Shown here piece after piece: positions 37,954 through 48,642 of a DNA stretch of 64,000 bases. This DNA is from Candidatus Woesebacteria bacterium RIFCSPHIGHO2_02_FULL_42_20. Its GTDB lineage: Bacteria > Patescibacteriota > Microgenomatia > UBA8517. Where the stretch lies: contig MGGS01000013.1 in the NCBI GenBank assembly GCA_001792535.1, forward strand, positions 64,692-128,691, given 5' to 3'. How positions within the stretch are numbered: the first letter of the stretch is position 1; every line of letters starts with the position of its first letter. The notes under the pieces were generated by a model that worked only from the letters and a program-made list of their open reading frames with translations, was not told the DNA's origin and searched no databases. The position numbers and the translations under genes are program-made.

Positions 37954-39774
37954 TCATTGCTTTTCTTTTCTCGAAAACCTTTTTCTTTCTATCTCATTCA
38001 GTAACTTTTTCCGAATCCTAAGTGACGAAGGGGTGATTTCGAGTAACTCGTCTTTTTCCAAGAAATCCAGAGATTGCTCGAGCGAATATTTTGTTGCAGG
38101 CGTAAGCTGGATAACCCCGTCGGATATTTTAGACCTCATATTTGTCAGTTTTTTACCTTTACAGACATTAATGGCTATGTCCTCGTCTTTTGCGTTCATC
38201 CCAACTATCATTCCCTCATAAACCTTTTCTCCGGGGTCTATAAAGGTAATTCCCCTGCCTTGAGCATTTTCAAGTCCGTAGGTAAGGGCAACTCCTGACT
38301 CGTTTGCAATTAGTGCCCCCCTTCTCATTTTGGGAATGGTTCTGCCCATTTTTTCGTAGCCTGTGATTTGTGAGCTATAGACGACCGTTCCTTTGGTTGC
38401 CGTAAGCAGAAGGCTTCGAAGTCCGATGAGCGCGCGGGTAGGCATTTTGTAGACAAACTCGACTTCTTCGGCATTGATTGGGCCCATTTTAATTATATTA
38501 GCGTAACGCCTTCCGAACTCTTCTGTAATGACTCCTATGAATTCGTTTGGGATGACAATAGAGACTTCCTCGACGGGTTCGATAGTTTTACCGTCGACCA
38601 CTTTTGTAATTACCTCAGGTTTTCCGGCTTCCATTTCGTAATCCTCTCGTCTCATGGTTTCCAGTAGAACCGAAAGATGGAGTTCTCCCCGCCCTGACAA
38701 TTTAAATTTTCCGGAGGAGATTTTTTCAACATGCAGACTCAGATTGCTTTCAAGTTCGGCCAGCAGTCTTTCTTCGATTTGCCGGCTTGTGACAAATTTA
38801 CCAACACGGCCTGCAAAAGGTGAAGTATTAGGGCCGATTGTGATGTGGATAGTTGGTTCGCCTACGGATATGGAAGGGAGGGGTGTTGTGTCAGCCGGGT
38901 CACAAACAGTTTCGCCGATTTTGACATTTCCGAGTCCAGAAAAGGAAACAATTTCTCCGCCATCAGCCGAGTCAACCTCTTTCTTTTTGAGGCCCTGATA
39001 CACGAAAAGTTTCTCTATGGAGAAAAGTTTTTTTAAGTTTCCAGATATCACCACTTTCATGCTCTTTTGGATAACTCCGCTATGAATTTTCCCGACGGCA
39101 ATTCTTCCTAGGTGATTGTCGTATTCAAGGGAAGTTACGACCATTTTAAACGGCCCGGAGTTTCTTGTGGCGGCTGGGACGGTAGAAACGATAGTGTCTA
39201 AAAGCGGAAAAATATCAGCCGACCCTCCGAGTATTTCTGGCAAAGTAGTATAAACTGCGCCGAGTTTTCCGACTGAGTATAAAACAGGAAATTCCAATTG
39301 GGAGTCTTTGTTGGCCAGTTCCAAAAACAGGGAATCTACTCTCGAAAGAGTTTCTTCAGGGCGGGCAAATTTCTTGTCGATTTTGTTTATGACAACAATG
39401 ATTTTGAGCCCAAGGGCAAGCGCTTTTTTGAGAACAAACCGGGTTTGCGGCATTGGGCCTTCTTGGGCGTCGACGATCAGAAGTGCTCCGTCAGCCATTC
39501 CTAAAGTACGCTCAACCTCACCCGAAAAATCAGCGTGGCCGGGTGTATCTATGATATTTATCTTTGTGTTTTTGTAGCGGATTGAACAGACCTTAGCCAG
39601 AATTGTAATTCCCCGCTCGCGTTCCAAAGTGTTACTGTCCATAATTTGTGTTTGGTTCATCTCCTCTTCGTTGTCACGAAAGACGTGAGTTTGCTTTAAA
39701 AGAGCATCCACCAAGGTAGTTTTACCATGGTCAACATGGGCAATAACGGCAACATTTATAATTTTTTCGTTCAT
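37954..39774 (-). CDS. typA: Translational GTPase TypA/BipA
   Basis: AHVDHGKTT, DTPGHADF, GRGELHL, KKLTNMR. Confidence 0.95.
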   Translation of the reverse strand: MNEKIINVAVIAHVDHGKTTLVDALLKQTHVFRDNEEEMNQTQIMDSNTLERERGITILAKVCSIRYKNTKINIIDTPGHADFSGEVERTLGMADGALLIVDAQEGPMPQTRFVLKKALALGLKIIVVINKIDKKFARPEETLSRVDSLFLELANKDSQLEFPVLYSVGKLGAVYTTLPEILGGSADIFPLLDTIVSTVPAATRNSGPFKMVVTSLEYDNHLGRIAVGKIHSGVIQKSMKVVISGNLKKLFSIEKLFVYQGLKKKEVDSADGGEIVSFSGLGNVKIGETVCDPADTTPLPSISVGEPTIHITIGPNTSPFAGRVGKFVTSRQIEERLLAELESNLSLHVEKISSGKFKLSGRGELHLSVLLETMRREDYEMEAGKPEVITKVVDGKTIEPVEEVSIVIPNEFIGVITEEFGRRYANIIKMGPINAEEVEFVYKMPTRALIGLRSLLLTATKGTVVYSSQITGYEKMGRTIPKMRRGALIANESGVALTYGLENAQGRGITFIDPGEKVYEGMIVGMNAKDEDIAINVCKGKKLTNMRSKISDGVIQLTPATKYSLEQSLDFLEKDELLEITPSSLRIRKKLLNEIERKRFSRKEKQ

Positions 39775-39822
39775 TCGGGAGCTATATTTTAACAGAATTT
39801 AGGGCAATTTACTAAAAAATAT

Positions 39823-40431
39823 CTAAAGCTGTCCCGGAATAGGAGAGTCTGAGGGCGAAGGCGAGGGGAAAACTGTCGGAATGGGTTGGGGAGAGGTGGG
39901 AAGAATAGCTAGGCCGGATATGTCTGAAACTATTAAAACGTCTGTCAATTTATTATATTTTCCCGCCGCAAAAATTCTTTTGCCTACTAAGCGTGCGACG
40001 TCCACGGATGGGGGTACTTCTAAAGTGATTGCCTCCGCAGAGGTTGTTGTTAGATAATATTTGCTTGTTACCGAGGAGTAGCGCAAAGTCCCCGAAAAAG
40101 CTGTTTCTTTCCATGGACTTGTGGTTGGTGTGGGAGTAACTACGGGTGCGGGTGTCGGAAGTACATCTTTGATATAAGGCACTTTGGCCAGAAACGCCGT
40201 GATAACTCCTAAACCGTAAGTTCCCGTTAAGACCAGAGCCACGATTAAAAGTGTTGTAATGGGCCGGACTTTTACTTTTATTTCGACACCTTCGTTACCG
40301 ATTATTTTCTTCCACCAGTTTCGAATGTAGGTAATTGGATTTCTGACTTCGAGATCAAAAATCGGAGGATCGGGATTAATCTTTGGAGCCTTTTTCTTAA
40401 CAGAAACGTAGTTTTTTGTCCACTTGGTCAC
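39823..40431 (-). CDS. Hypothetical membrane protein with Pro/Thr-rich linkers
   Basis: ORF with TM helix and PT/PS repeats. Confidence 0.65.
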   Translation of the reverse strand: MTKWTKNYVSVKKKAPKINPDPPIFDLEVRNPITYIRNWWKKIIGNEGVEIKVKVRPITTLLIVALVLTGTYGLGVITAFLAKVPYIKDVLPTPAPVVTPTPTTSPWKETAFSGTLRYSSVTSKYYLTTTSAEAITLEVPPSVDVARLVGKRIFAAGKYNKLTDVLIVSDISGLAILPTSPQPIPTVFPSPSPSDSPIPGQL

Positions 40432-40489
40432 GTTAGTATCAGTGTAGTACTAAAATGGCAAGACTTTCAATATCGCATATAATAGAAAA

Positions 40490-41209
40490 ATGAAATTTCT
40501 TTCAATAATTGTTCTGACATTTGTTGCATCGGTTGTTGGGACAATTAGCGGCTTTGGTTTATCAACGATTATGGTGCCTGTGGTTTTGTTTTTCTTCCCG
40601 CTTCCGACAACGCTTTTGTTCGTGGGTATCATTCATGCTTTTGGTGATGTTTGGAAAGTGGTTCTTTTTAAGCGAGGGGTGGCAAAATGGCGGACTATTT
40701 TGGCTTTTGGTGTGCTGGGAGTGATCGCCAGCTTTTTGGGTGCCGGAATTGTCCTTTCCACGCCAAGCGAAATTCTTCAAAAGGTTTTGGGCGGAGTCCT
40801 TGTTGGTTACGTCATTCTCCTCGCTTTCGAGCCAAAATTTAAGTTTCCACAAACCACTCTCTTTTCTGGGATTGGGGGAGTGTTTTCTGGTTTATTGGCC
40901 GGAATTTCAGGGATTGGCGGGCCAGTCCGAAGTATGTTTCTTTCTGCTTACAGCTTTCCCAAAGAGGTATATATTTTCGCGTCCGGCGTAATTGGTTTGT
41001 TTATAGATACTGGCCGACTGTTTATTTATTCGGCTGGAGGAATAAAACTTGATTCAAATCTTGGATGGGGCTTGTTAGTATTTATCCCGATTTCATTTAT
41101 CGGTGCCGAAGTCGCCAAAAAATTAGTGGACAAGATTTCCCAGAAAGCTTTCAGGGGTGTCGTAGCAGCGTTTTTATTTCTGGTAGGCGCGCGCCTGCTA
41201 TTGGCCTAA
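40490..41209 (+). CDS. TauE/SafE (TSUP) family membrane transporter
   Basis: GTISGFG, GISGIGGP motifs; multi-TM. Confidence 0.85.
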   Translation: MKFLSIIVLTFVASVVGTISGFGLSTIMVPVVLFFFPLPTTLLFVGIIHAFGDVWKVVLFKRGVAKWRTILAFGVLGVIASFLGAGIVLSTPSEILQKVLGGVLVGYVILLAFEPKFKFPQTTLFSGIGGVFSGLLAGISGIGGPVRSMFLSAYSFPKEVYIFASGVIGLFIDTGRLFIYSAGGIKLDSNLGWGLLVFIPISFIGAEVAKKLVDKISQKAFRGVVAAFLFLVGARLLLA

Positions 41210-41255
41210 AGCTTACTCCCAATTTTGATCCGCGTAGTGCCAGGATAGTTCCTTT

Positions 41256-41375
41256 TCAATAGCTTGTTTCAAACCAAATAGACTTTACGTGGGGATTGCC
41301 TTTTTTGTCAGCCGTTGCCAAATAGACAATGTCCGTTTTCAGAAGCTTCTCAGTCTCTTTCCTGTTTAATGCCAT
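41256..41375 (-). pseudogene. Truncated pyridoxamine-5'-phosphate-oxidase-like N-terminal fragment
   Basis: MALNRKETEKLLKTDIVYLATADKKGNPHVKSIWF then stop. Confidence 0.55.
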
Positions 41376-41383
41376 AATTAAAT

Positions 41384-42148
41384 CTATGTTTTTATTAAAG
41401 ACAAGATCTTATCATGCACTTTTCCGTTACTTGCGACGACAAGCATATCGTCAGCAAGCCAGTTTATTGGTTTGCCCTTGGCGTTTGTGACTTTTCCACC
41501 CGCTTCCTCAATAATTGCTGCACCCGCAGCGAAATCCCATGGATATGCCCAGTGAATATAACCTCCGTAAACTCCTTCGGCTACGTAGGACAAGCCAGCT
41601 ACAGTACAGCCCAAAATGGGTGTGTATCTTACTTTATCCACCAGTGGTAACACTAGATTATTAACTTCCTTTGCTCTTTCACCCATCCAACCCAAGTCAT
41701 AACCGACCATTATGTCTCTAAGAGCAGATTTAGCATTTACTTTTATCGGCTGGTCATTTTTAAATGCCCCCTTTCCTTCTACAGACCAATAAATACTTTT
41801 TAATGCAGGGAAGTAAATTACCCCTAACTGCGGTTTGCCATTCCTTAAAAGGCCGATGGAAATGCCAAAAGTCGGCATACCCGAAAAATATGGACCTGTT
41901 CCGTCAATAGGGTCAATTACCCACCAATAATCCGAGCCATTATCTTCTCCGCCGGTTTCTTCGGATAAATAGTTATGATTTGGAAATTCTGACTTTAAAA
42001 CTTTCAATATTCGTGCTTCCGAAGCTTTATCGACCTCCGTTGCTATGTTGTCAACTGTTCCCTTTCTTTTAACTGAATGGTTTGCAAAACGTCTGGCGAG
42101 GGTTATTTCTCCGGCTTCGAGTGATGCTCTTTTTGCAACCTCAATCAT
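41384..42148 (-). CDS. Inositol monophosphatase family protein
   Basis: SEE, WVIDPIDGT, WDFAAG. Confidence 0.9.
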   Translation of the reverse strand: MIEVAKRASLEAGEITLARRFANHSVKRKGTVDNIATEVDKASEARILKVLKSEFPNHNYLSEETGGEDNGSDYWWVIDPIDGTGPYFSGMPTFGISIGLLRNGKPQLGVIYFPALKSIYWSVEGKGAFKNDQPIKVNAKSALRDIMVGYDLGWMGERAKEVNNLVLPLVDKVRYTPILGCTVAGLSYVAEGVYGGYIHWAYPWDFAAGAAIIEEAGGKVTNAKGKPINWLADDMLVVASNGKVHDKILSLIKT

Positions 42149-42149
42149 G

Positions 42150-42704
42150 TTATTTATTGTTTAAGGCCAGATAATTATTAACTTTCAGAATAAGAGCTGC
42201 TGTTGCACCATGGGTTATTTTGCTGTCCATTACCCACAGGACTGCTTTTTTAAAAGGAACTTTTATGACTTTAATATTCTCAGTTCCTTCAGGATTTGCT
42301 TGTGAAAAGGATAAATCTCTAGCAAAAAACATATGATTTGGTGAGTAAATAGCTGTGGTAAAGGGGTCAATATATCCCAGGTCTATCCATTCCTTTGCAG
42401 AAATACCTGTCTCCTCTTTAAGTTCTCGTCTCGCAGCCGCGAGTTTATTTTCTCGCTTATTTATTCCTCCACTGATTGCCTCAATAGTTATTCTTTCCAC
42501 TGCATAGTGGTACTCTTTAGTTAAGTAAACATTTCCATTATTGTCTATCGGAAGGACGGATACGCCGGGTTTCATTTCCACAACTCCGAAGATACCTTTC
42601 TTTTTGTCCGGGCGAATTACTTTATCTTCACGAACTCTTAGCCACGGATTTTGGTAGACAGTTTTGGTTCCGGTAACTTCCCAAGGCCCCTTTTTGATTC
42701 TCAC
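42150..42704 (-). CDS. NUDIX hydrolase (ADP-ribose pyrophosphatase-like)
   Basis: AAARRELKEETG Nudix box; likely GTG start at 42704. Confidence 0.88.
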   Translation of the reverse strand: MRIKKGPWEVTGTKTVYQNPWLRVREDKVIRPDKKKGIFGVVEMKPGVSVLPIDNNGNVYLTKEYHYAVERITIEAISGGINKRENKLAAARRELKEETGISAKEWIDLGYIDPFTTAIYSPNHMFFARDLSFSQANPEGTENIKVIKVPFKKAVLWVMDSKITHGATAALILKVNNYLALNNK

Positions 42705-42711
42705 AAGGCTA

Positions 42712-43644
42712 TTATACTCTAACCTTCTCGTACTCTTCGTCGAAGATATTAGGGAGTGCATGGATGAAGGCTTTATTTGTGTTTCCTTCCATCATCCAAT
42801 CAACTTCCTTCGGTGCATAGTTTGGCGGGCGAAAATCGTTGATTCTCTTAATCTCGCTTTTGTCCATTTCAAAATTCAAGCTTTCCAAATTTTCAACAAT
42901 GTGCTCGATTGTTTCGGATTTTACCAAAGGGTGCATGCCCTTGGTCGTCATCCAGTTTAAAATTATCTGGTTTTGAGTTCTGTTGTATTTTTTGGCAAGT
43001 TCGGCAAGTAACGGCCAGTTTTGCTTGGCGGTTCTATTCCGGCGCAAAGGTTGATAAAGAACATTTATGATTTTGTTTTTATTGTCAAAATCAATTATCC
43101 CCAAGTCATCTACGGTTCTGATTTCGAAGCTGTAATGCAGTTCGTGAGAAAAAATTTTGTCCCCAAACTCTGCGTGATACCTTTTCAAATTTTCTAGATC
43201 AAAGTTTGTAACACTGGCAAAGCGCGCCAAGTTTTGGTCAAGGAAACTTCTGACAAGTTTGACCAAAGGCTTGAATCCGTAAACTTTAATCGCGGTTACT
43301 GGAAATTGAATAGAATCGACTTTATTAATATCAAAAGTTTTAAGACACAGTTCAAATTCTTTTTTGACGTCACCGATGGTCGGGTTGTAATAGTTATAAA
43401 TAGACTGGAGTAAAAAAAGCTTATCGCGTGCTACACCCGAGCGGTTAACCGCTTCTTTAATAAGTTTCACTGAGTGACCTTGAGAGTTCCAAAAGTTTAT
43501 TTCGACAAAATTCATACCTCGGGAAAGCTGGTGGGTAAGTGCTTTTATCTGCTTTTCATCGTCGTTATTTGTGTCGTGCTCGGCAAAGCCGCCAATTCCC
43601 CAGGTCCCGATACCTATTTTGGAAAAATTGTTTCTGTTTATCAT
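42712..43644 (-). CDS. Aldo/keto reductase family protein (divergent)
   Basis: IGIGTWGIGG, SVTNF, QIILNW. Confidence 0.8.
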   Translation of the reverse strand: MINRNNFSKIGIGTWGIGGFAEHDTNNDDEKQIKALTHQLSRGMNFVEINFWNSQGHSVKLIKEAVNRSGVARDKLFLLQSIYNYYNPTIGDVKKEFELCLKTFDINKVDSIQFPVTAIKVYGFKPLVKLVRSFLDQNLARFASVTNFDLENLKRYHAEFGDKIFSHELHYSFEIRTVDDLGIIDFDNKNKIINVLYQPLRRNRTAKQNWPLLAELAKKYNRTQNQIILNWMTTKGMHPLVKSETIEHIVENLESLNFEMDKSEIKRINDFRPPNYAPKEVDWMMEGNTNKAFIHALPNIFDEEYEKVRV

Positions 43645-43681
43645 TTTGATTGGTATATCACAATAGTTGAGGTAAAAAATG

Positions 43682-44362
43682 TTACTTGAAAATTTCCTTT
43701 TTCATATCTCTTGCCAGTTTCAAATAGAAGTTCTCCATTTCTTTCCATTTGAATGGAACCAGCATTTTTGGGTAGTCTTTAAATTCTACCACTCTTAAAA
43801 ATTGTCTAGCTAAGTGTATACTGTCGGTATGAATTCCAAATTTTATGGCCGAATCCTTTCTTATTTTTTCCAAATTAAACTCCTCCTTTAAAGATATAAA
43901 ATATAAGTCGATATAATCTTTGGCTCTTGGGCTTGCACTTATCGTTTCAAATTTGTTAAGTGTAATATCGTACAGACTATCGATACGTAAACCATTCCAA
44001 ACAATTCCCAATTCGGCCCTTTCTGAAGGATAATAACTAAAGTCCACCTTCAACGTATCGCCGTTTGGGTACTCAAAAGTGTAAAAATAAAACCCCAGCT
44101 GTTCTGTACGACCAACTTCGTTAAATCCGATTTTCTTTTTATTCTTCTGCAGGAACTTTTGAATATGTTGTGCGTTAACCTCAAATTTTTCACTAAAAAA
44201 GTCAAGATCATATGATTCGCGGTGATGTAAATACCAACAAGAAAGGGCTGTACCGCCAGAAAGATAAAAGTTCTTTAGGATGTATGGCTCTTGAAGTACC
44301 ACTGCCAGAAATTGCTTCTGTCGGCTAGTAAGCCCGGCTCCTTTTTCCATAACTTCCCCCAT
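43682..44362 (-). CDS. AbiEii/AbiGii nucleotidyltransferase toxin
   Basis: FYLSGGTAL, HRESYDLDFF, KDYIDLY. Confidence 0.88.
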   Translation of the reverse strand: MGEVMEKGAGLTSRQKQFLAVVLQEPYILKNFYLSGGTALSCWYLHHRESYDLDFFSEKFEVNAQHIQKFLQKNKKKIGFNEVGRTEQLGFYFYTFEYPNGDTLKVDFSYYPSERAELGIVWNGLRIDSLYDITLNKFETISASPRAKDYIDLYFISLKEEFNLEKIRKDSAIKFGIHTDSIHLARQFLRVVEFKDYPKMLVPFKWKEMENFYLKLARDMKKEIFK

Positions 44363-44556
44363 ACAAAGAATTCTATAGTTTTACGGCTGTCTGGATCAAG
44401 CCCCTTTTTTATCTTCGGCCAGGCGCGTTTTACCTCGCGCTCATCCAGTTTTTCACCGTCAAGGCCGTAGTTAATGAGTTGAGTCAGCCTCCAAAGCCTG
44501 TATTCTTTGGGGTTTTCTTTTTTAAACTTTTTTTCATCAACCGACCAGTTAATCAT
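44275..44556 (-). CDS. Putative cognate antitoxin (small)
   Basis: WRLTQLINYG pattern; overlaps the toxin start. Confidence 0.65.
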   Translation of the reverse strand: MINWSVDEKKFKKENPKEYRLWRLTQLINYGLDGEKLDEREVKRAWPKIKKGLDPDSRKTIEFFVWGKLWKKEPGLLADRSNFWQWYFKSHTS

Positions 44557-44668
44557 AACTAATTGTAGCATTTCGGCCGGGTAGACTCTAGCCTCAATTT
44601 AATCGGACTAAATCGATCTAGTTTCACTCAGTAATTATGTCGGCAAAAAAGTTGTATAATCTGGGCAG

Positions 44669-45640
44669 ATGAAATACCGCAAGTTTGGAAAAATGGGGTG
44701 GGAAGTGAGTGCGCTGGGCCATGGTATGTGGGGGATGGGTGACTGGACCGGTTCGGACGATAAAGAATCCCTGCGGGCATTGCATCGGACGGTGGAACTA
44801 GGTATTAACTTTTTCGATACTGCCTGGATTTACGGAAACGGCAGGAGCGAAAAGCTTCTTGGTAAATTACTTCGTGCATATCCCAATGAGTGTTTATATA
44901 CGGCAACAAAAATCCCGCCTAAAAATTTCAAATGGCCGATGGAACCGCAATATACTCTTGATGAAACCTTTCCGGCCAAGCACATGATTGAATATGTCGA
45001 GAAAAGCTTGAAAAATTTTGGCATTGACCACATTGATCTTATTCAACTGCACGGATGGGATGACGTTTGGGCTTTAGACCCCAGCTGGCAAAAAGCTGCC
45101 GAGGATTTGAAAAGACGGGGACTAGTTGGTGCGTTTGGTATAAGTATCGATAGATGGGAGCCGGAGAACGCAATCAAAGCAATCAAAACCGGCGCGGTGG
45201 ATTCTTTGCAAGTGATCTATAACATTTTTGACCAAGCTCCCGAGGACAAATTATTCCCGGTCTGCCGCAAATATAATGTGGCTGTTATCGCCCGCGTGCC
45301 GCTTGACGAAGGCACGTTAACCGGTACTTTGACCTTAAAAAGTAAATGGCCGGAAGGGGATTGGCGCAATAAATATTTCAATAAAGAAACCTTAAAAGCA
45401 AGCGTTGAACACGCGGGGAAATTGAAGAAAGTTTTACCAAAAGGTATGGCGATGTCGGAACTTGCTTTGAGGTTTATTCTCTCAAACCGCGATGTTAGCA
45501 CTACAATTCCTGGGATGCGCAAGAGAAGACATGTCGAAGAAAATGCTGGAGCAGGTGAGAAAGGAAAACTTGCGAAGCAATTAATTAAAAAACTAAGAAG
45601 CCATCGTTGGGATCGCAGACCAACTCCTTCAGCCGGTTAG
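44669..45640 (+). CDS. Aldo/keto reductase
   Basis: GINFFDTAWIYG, ATK, DLIQLH, TIPG. Confidence 0.92.
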   Translation: MKYRKFGKMGWEVSALGHGMWGMGDWTGSDDKESLRALHRTVELGINFFDTAWIYGNGRSEKLLGKLLRAYPNECLYTATKIPPKNFKWPMEPQYTLDETFPAKHMIEYVEKSLKNFGIDHIDLIQLHGWDDVWALDPSWQKAAEDLKRRGLVGAFGISIDRWEPENAIKAIKTGAVDSLQVIYNIFDQAPEDKLFPVCRKYNVAVIARVPLDEGTLTGTLTLKSKWPEGDWRNKYFNKETLKASVEHAGKLKKVLPKGMAMSELALRFILSNRDVSTTIPGMRKRRHVEENAGAGEKGKLAKQLIKKLRSHRWDRRPTPSAG

Positions 45641-45697
45641 CGTTTTTTTGTAATACGGGCTTTCGGTTTTGGAAATCGTTCTCACATTCTCTCTAAA

Positions 45698-46321
45698 TTA
45701 CTTTGTTATATTAATAATTTCCACACATTTATCCTGCACATGTATGTATTGGTTGTTGGTCAGTAAAATGAATGGGCCTTGGCCTTTCTTGTAAACCGTT
45801 TTAAGCCTTGTCTTTAGATACCGATCTTTGAAGTCAGGGTCTCCCCAATGAGGCATAATTGTAAAATTTACAAAACCATAGCCATTGCGGTTTTTTAGCT
45901 TTAAATTTTTGTCGGCTAAATAACCAGGAACCATCTCGCCGGCAATGATTGAACCGGCACTAGTGCCAATATATGTTTTTCCTCTTTTTAGAACTAAATC
46001 TTTGACAAGCGAGGCAAATCCCGATTTCTGGGATTGTTCAAGAAGATAAAAAGTGTCTCCGCCGGACAGATAAATGTAGTCAAAGCTGGCAAGGTCTTTT
46101 TCAAGTTGGCTCTTTTTCTTACCAGCAAGTGTGTAATCGGTAATATTAAATCCTGCTTTGACCAATGCTCGCCTGTCCTTTTTGAGCCAATTCTTGTTTC
46201 CTGTTACAACTTCTGCCGCAGTATCTATAAAAACAAGTTTATTGCCCTTAGAAAGATTAACCCGTTTAGCAATATCGTGAGCTACACCATGAACTGCTGA
46301 TGTTAAAAACAGTCTTTTCAT
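45698..46321 (-). CDS. Peptidase E (S51) family
   Basis: SGGDTFYL, GTSAG, PH motifs. Confidence 0.88.
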   Translation of the reverse strand: MKRLFLTSAVHGVAHDIAKRVNLSKGNKLVFIDTAAEVVTGNKNWLKKDRRALVKAGFNITDYTLAGKKKSQLEKDLASFDYIYLSGGDTFYLLEQSQKSGFASLVKDLVLKRGKTYIGTSAGSIIAGEMVPGYLADKNLKLKNRNGYGFVNFTIMPHWGDPDFKDRYLKTRLKTVYKKGQGPFILLTNNQYIHVQDKCVEIINITK

Positions 46322-46383
46322 ATTTGAAGTATAGCAGGTTGGGGGAAAACTGGACTTATATAAATAAGATGAGGCAAGCTTAA

Positions 46384-46617
46384 TTATTTATATTGCTGAT
46401 TGGCGACATAATAGTCAAGCAATCTTCGGATCATTGCCTGATATGAAGCGTTGTGTTTTTTGGCTGCCTTTTTAAAGAAATCAATACTGTGTCTCGTTAG
46501 GGTTAGAGTAACTCTTTTTTTCTTCTCACGCAAAACAAGATTTTCTGGTCGTGGCAGGAAATCGCTAACCACCCGAGCTTCTATAGATTCGTTGCTATAT
46601 TTTATTTTGCTTTTCAT
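46384..46617 (-). CDS. BrnA/CopG-like antitoxin
   Basis: DFLP.PE.L..RVTLTL..YQAMIR. Confidence 0.8.
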   Translation of the reverse strand: MKSKIKYSNESIEARVVSDFLPRPENLVLREKKKRVTLTLTRHSIDFFKKAAKKHNASYQAMIRRLLDYYVANQQYK

Positions 46618-46876
46618 ATATCTTTTTTCCTTTTCTCCAAAAACCTGCCCCGATTATTCGGATACGATCGTTTCTGTACGTAAAACGGACTGTTAAAATA
46701 CCTCCTTTCACTTTCCCAAAACAATAGTAACGTTTTTCGGGTCTGCTATGTGCTAAATCTTTTGCTATTACACGCTTTCGGAATAAAAACGCATATTGCG
46801 CTTCTGTAAAAACAACCCCGTGTTTCTTTTTGTTTTTCCTGTTTTTGTCTTCGTTCCACTCAAAGTTTGTATGCAT
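46595..46876 (-). CDS. BrnT family toxin
   Basis: FEWNEDKN..N.KKHGV.F..RIRII. Confidence 0.88.
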   Translation of the reverse strand: MHTNFEWNEDKNRKNKKKHGVVFTEAQYAFLFRKRVIAKDLAHSRPEKRYYCFGKVKGGILTVRFTYRNDRIRIIGAGFWRKGKKIYEKQNKI

Positions 46877-46912
46877 AAGTATATTACCATATTAGCATAT
46901 AAATTACTACAT

Positions 46913-47419
46913 TTAAATTAAATATTTTCTTGACTCCTCAAGAAAAACAGTATCTCGTGGAACAATATAAGCGCTTCCTTCAATTGAAGTGGCAACATTT
47001 TTAGAAATAGCTTGTAAGGCGTCTTCGAGACTTAACCAAACAGGTTCAAAGTTACCTTCAACTTCTTCATCTGTAAAACTAGGGTTACCTTTATTGCCTT
47101 TCAGTTTGGCCAAGTAACAGTAAGAGATTTGTTTAAGTTTGAATATTTTTCTATATTCGACGATGGAGCCTATTTCGTCAAGGATTTCAATTTCAGACCC
47201 GACTTCCTCTTGACACTCTCGTTTCAAGGCTCGCTTTTTATCCTCGCCTTTTTCAATGCCACCGCCGGGCAATTTATAATATTTGCTTTTAACTACGTGT
47301 AAGAGCGCTATTTTTCCGTCGTTGTCAAAGACTATGGCCCGCACCGCCTCACGGGTAGGATAGCTCTTGACCTCTTTCTTAGTGACTTTTTCAGGATTGA
47401 TAACCAGAAGCTGTTTCAT
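46913..47419 (-). CDS. NUDIX hydrolase
   Basis: LPGGGIEKGE...ALKRECQEEVG. Confidence 0.9.
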   Translation of the reverse strand: MKQLLVINPEKVTKKEVKSYPTREAVRAIVFDNDGKIALLHVVKSKYYKLPGGGIEKGEDKKRALKRECQEEVGSEIEILDEIGSIVEYRKIFKLKQISYCYLAKLKGNKGNPSFTDEEVEGNFEPVWLSLEDALQAISKNVATSIEGSAYIVPRDTVFLEESRKYLI

Positions 47420-47422
47420 TAG

Positions 47423-47803
47423 CTACTCCTTGACTGCTACCATACTAATTTCCACTTTTGCCCCAAGAGGTAGTTCTTTGACGCAAACCGTTTCGCGGGC
47501 GGGGTATGGATCGGATAAATAGCTGCCATAGACCTCATTCACTTTCCCGTAAATAGACATGTCTGTTACATAAATTGTTGTTTTGACGACATTTGCAAAA
47601 GAAGTTCCGGCTTCTGTTAAAATAGCTTGCAGATTTTTCATTATCTGATGGACTTGTTCTTCGATGGTTCCCTCGAGTGGCGTGCCGTCGGGAGTTAAAT
47701 GAAATTGCCCTGCTGTAAAAACAAAATTGTTTGCAATTATGGCTTGGGAGAATGGGGTAGTCTTCGGCGGCGGCGCACCCTTCGTCTCAACCTTTGTTTT
47801 CAT
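47423..47803 (-). CDS. RidA/YjgF family enamine deaminase
   Basis: PFSQA, VVKTT, PAR, LPLGAKVEI. Confidence 0.9.
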   Translation of the reverse strand: MKTKVETKGAPPPKTTPFSQAIIANNFVFTAGQFHLTPDGTPLEGTIEEQVHQIMKNLQAILTEAGTSFANVVKTTIYVTDMSIYGKVNEVYGSYLSDPYPARETVCVKELPLGAKVEISMVAVKE

Positions 47804-47853
47804 TTTTTAACTATAACATTTTAGGCCAAATTTCTGGGAGTATTCTATTAATT

Positions 47854-48425
47854 TCAATCTAACTGTTTAAGGAATTTCATTCTGTGGTGCCGAGTCATTC
47901 TTCCTTCAAAACCCATGTCTAGATTGATGTTTACTCCGGAAATTACTCCCAACCTAGCTCTGACTAAAGCTATAAAGCCATTCGTTTCTATAAGGCGATA
48001 AGGTTTTACTTTTCCTTGAAACGTTTCTGTTATTAATTTTTCTATCTCATCACCATGAAGAAATGTATCTAGGTCGATTTGGAAATGGGGAAGCCAGTAA
48101 TTTTTCCACTTGTCATCTGTTTTTTCCAGCAGTACCAATTCGACCAACGGATCCGACGAATTTTTTCGATCAACTTTTCTTTTTCGTCCGCTATGGATTT
48201 CACTTGATAGCAAAACCCCAGGTGATTTAACCTTTGGAATAAATTACCTGAAACTAGATGGTTAACAAGTTTTCCGACTTGCTGATAGGGGACGAAGCTG
48301 TCTTTTAGTGGACTTGGAGTACTGAAGAGGTTATTCGCAATAGCAATCCCTGGAATTTCCATGCCTGTGGTTGAGATGTTCAACAGTGGCTTTCCACCGG
48401 AACCTATTATAGTTATAAACATCAA
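47854..48425 (-). pseudogene. Frameshifted/deleted hypothetical gene (VOC-like LNHLGFCY ... PHFQID)
   Basis: Two overlapping ORFs in different frames whose protein-like parts join near 48150. Confidence 0.5.
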
Positions 48426-48510
48426 ACAAAAGGGTGGTTTTTAGAGTTTGCCTTGCTTTACTAATTCTATTGACGAAGGGCCGGTTTGGATTTTCAGGGT
48501 GACTTCGTTT

Positions 48511-48600
48511 TTAAGTTCTATTGTAGTCGCGCCGCTTACAGAGAAGTGCTCTTCTTTGTTTGTCGAGTATTATTGCAAACACACCAATTTTGAAAGTCAT
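48511..48600 (-). pseudogene. NUDIX N-terminal fragment
   Basis: MTFKIGVFAIILDKQRRALLCKRRDY then stop before any Nudix box. Confidence 0.5.
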
Positions 48601-48642
48601 CGGATTATTATTTGCGATTATAGCCCCTTTTTTATCTTTTGA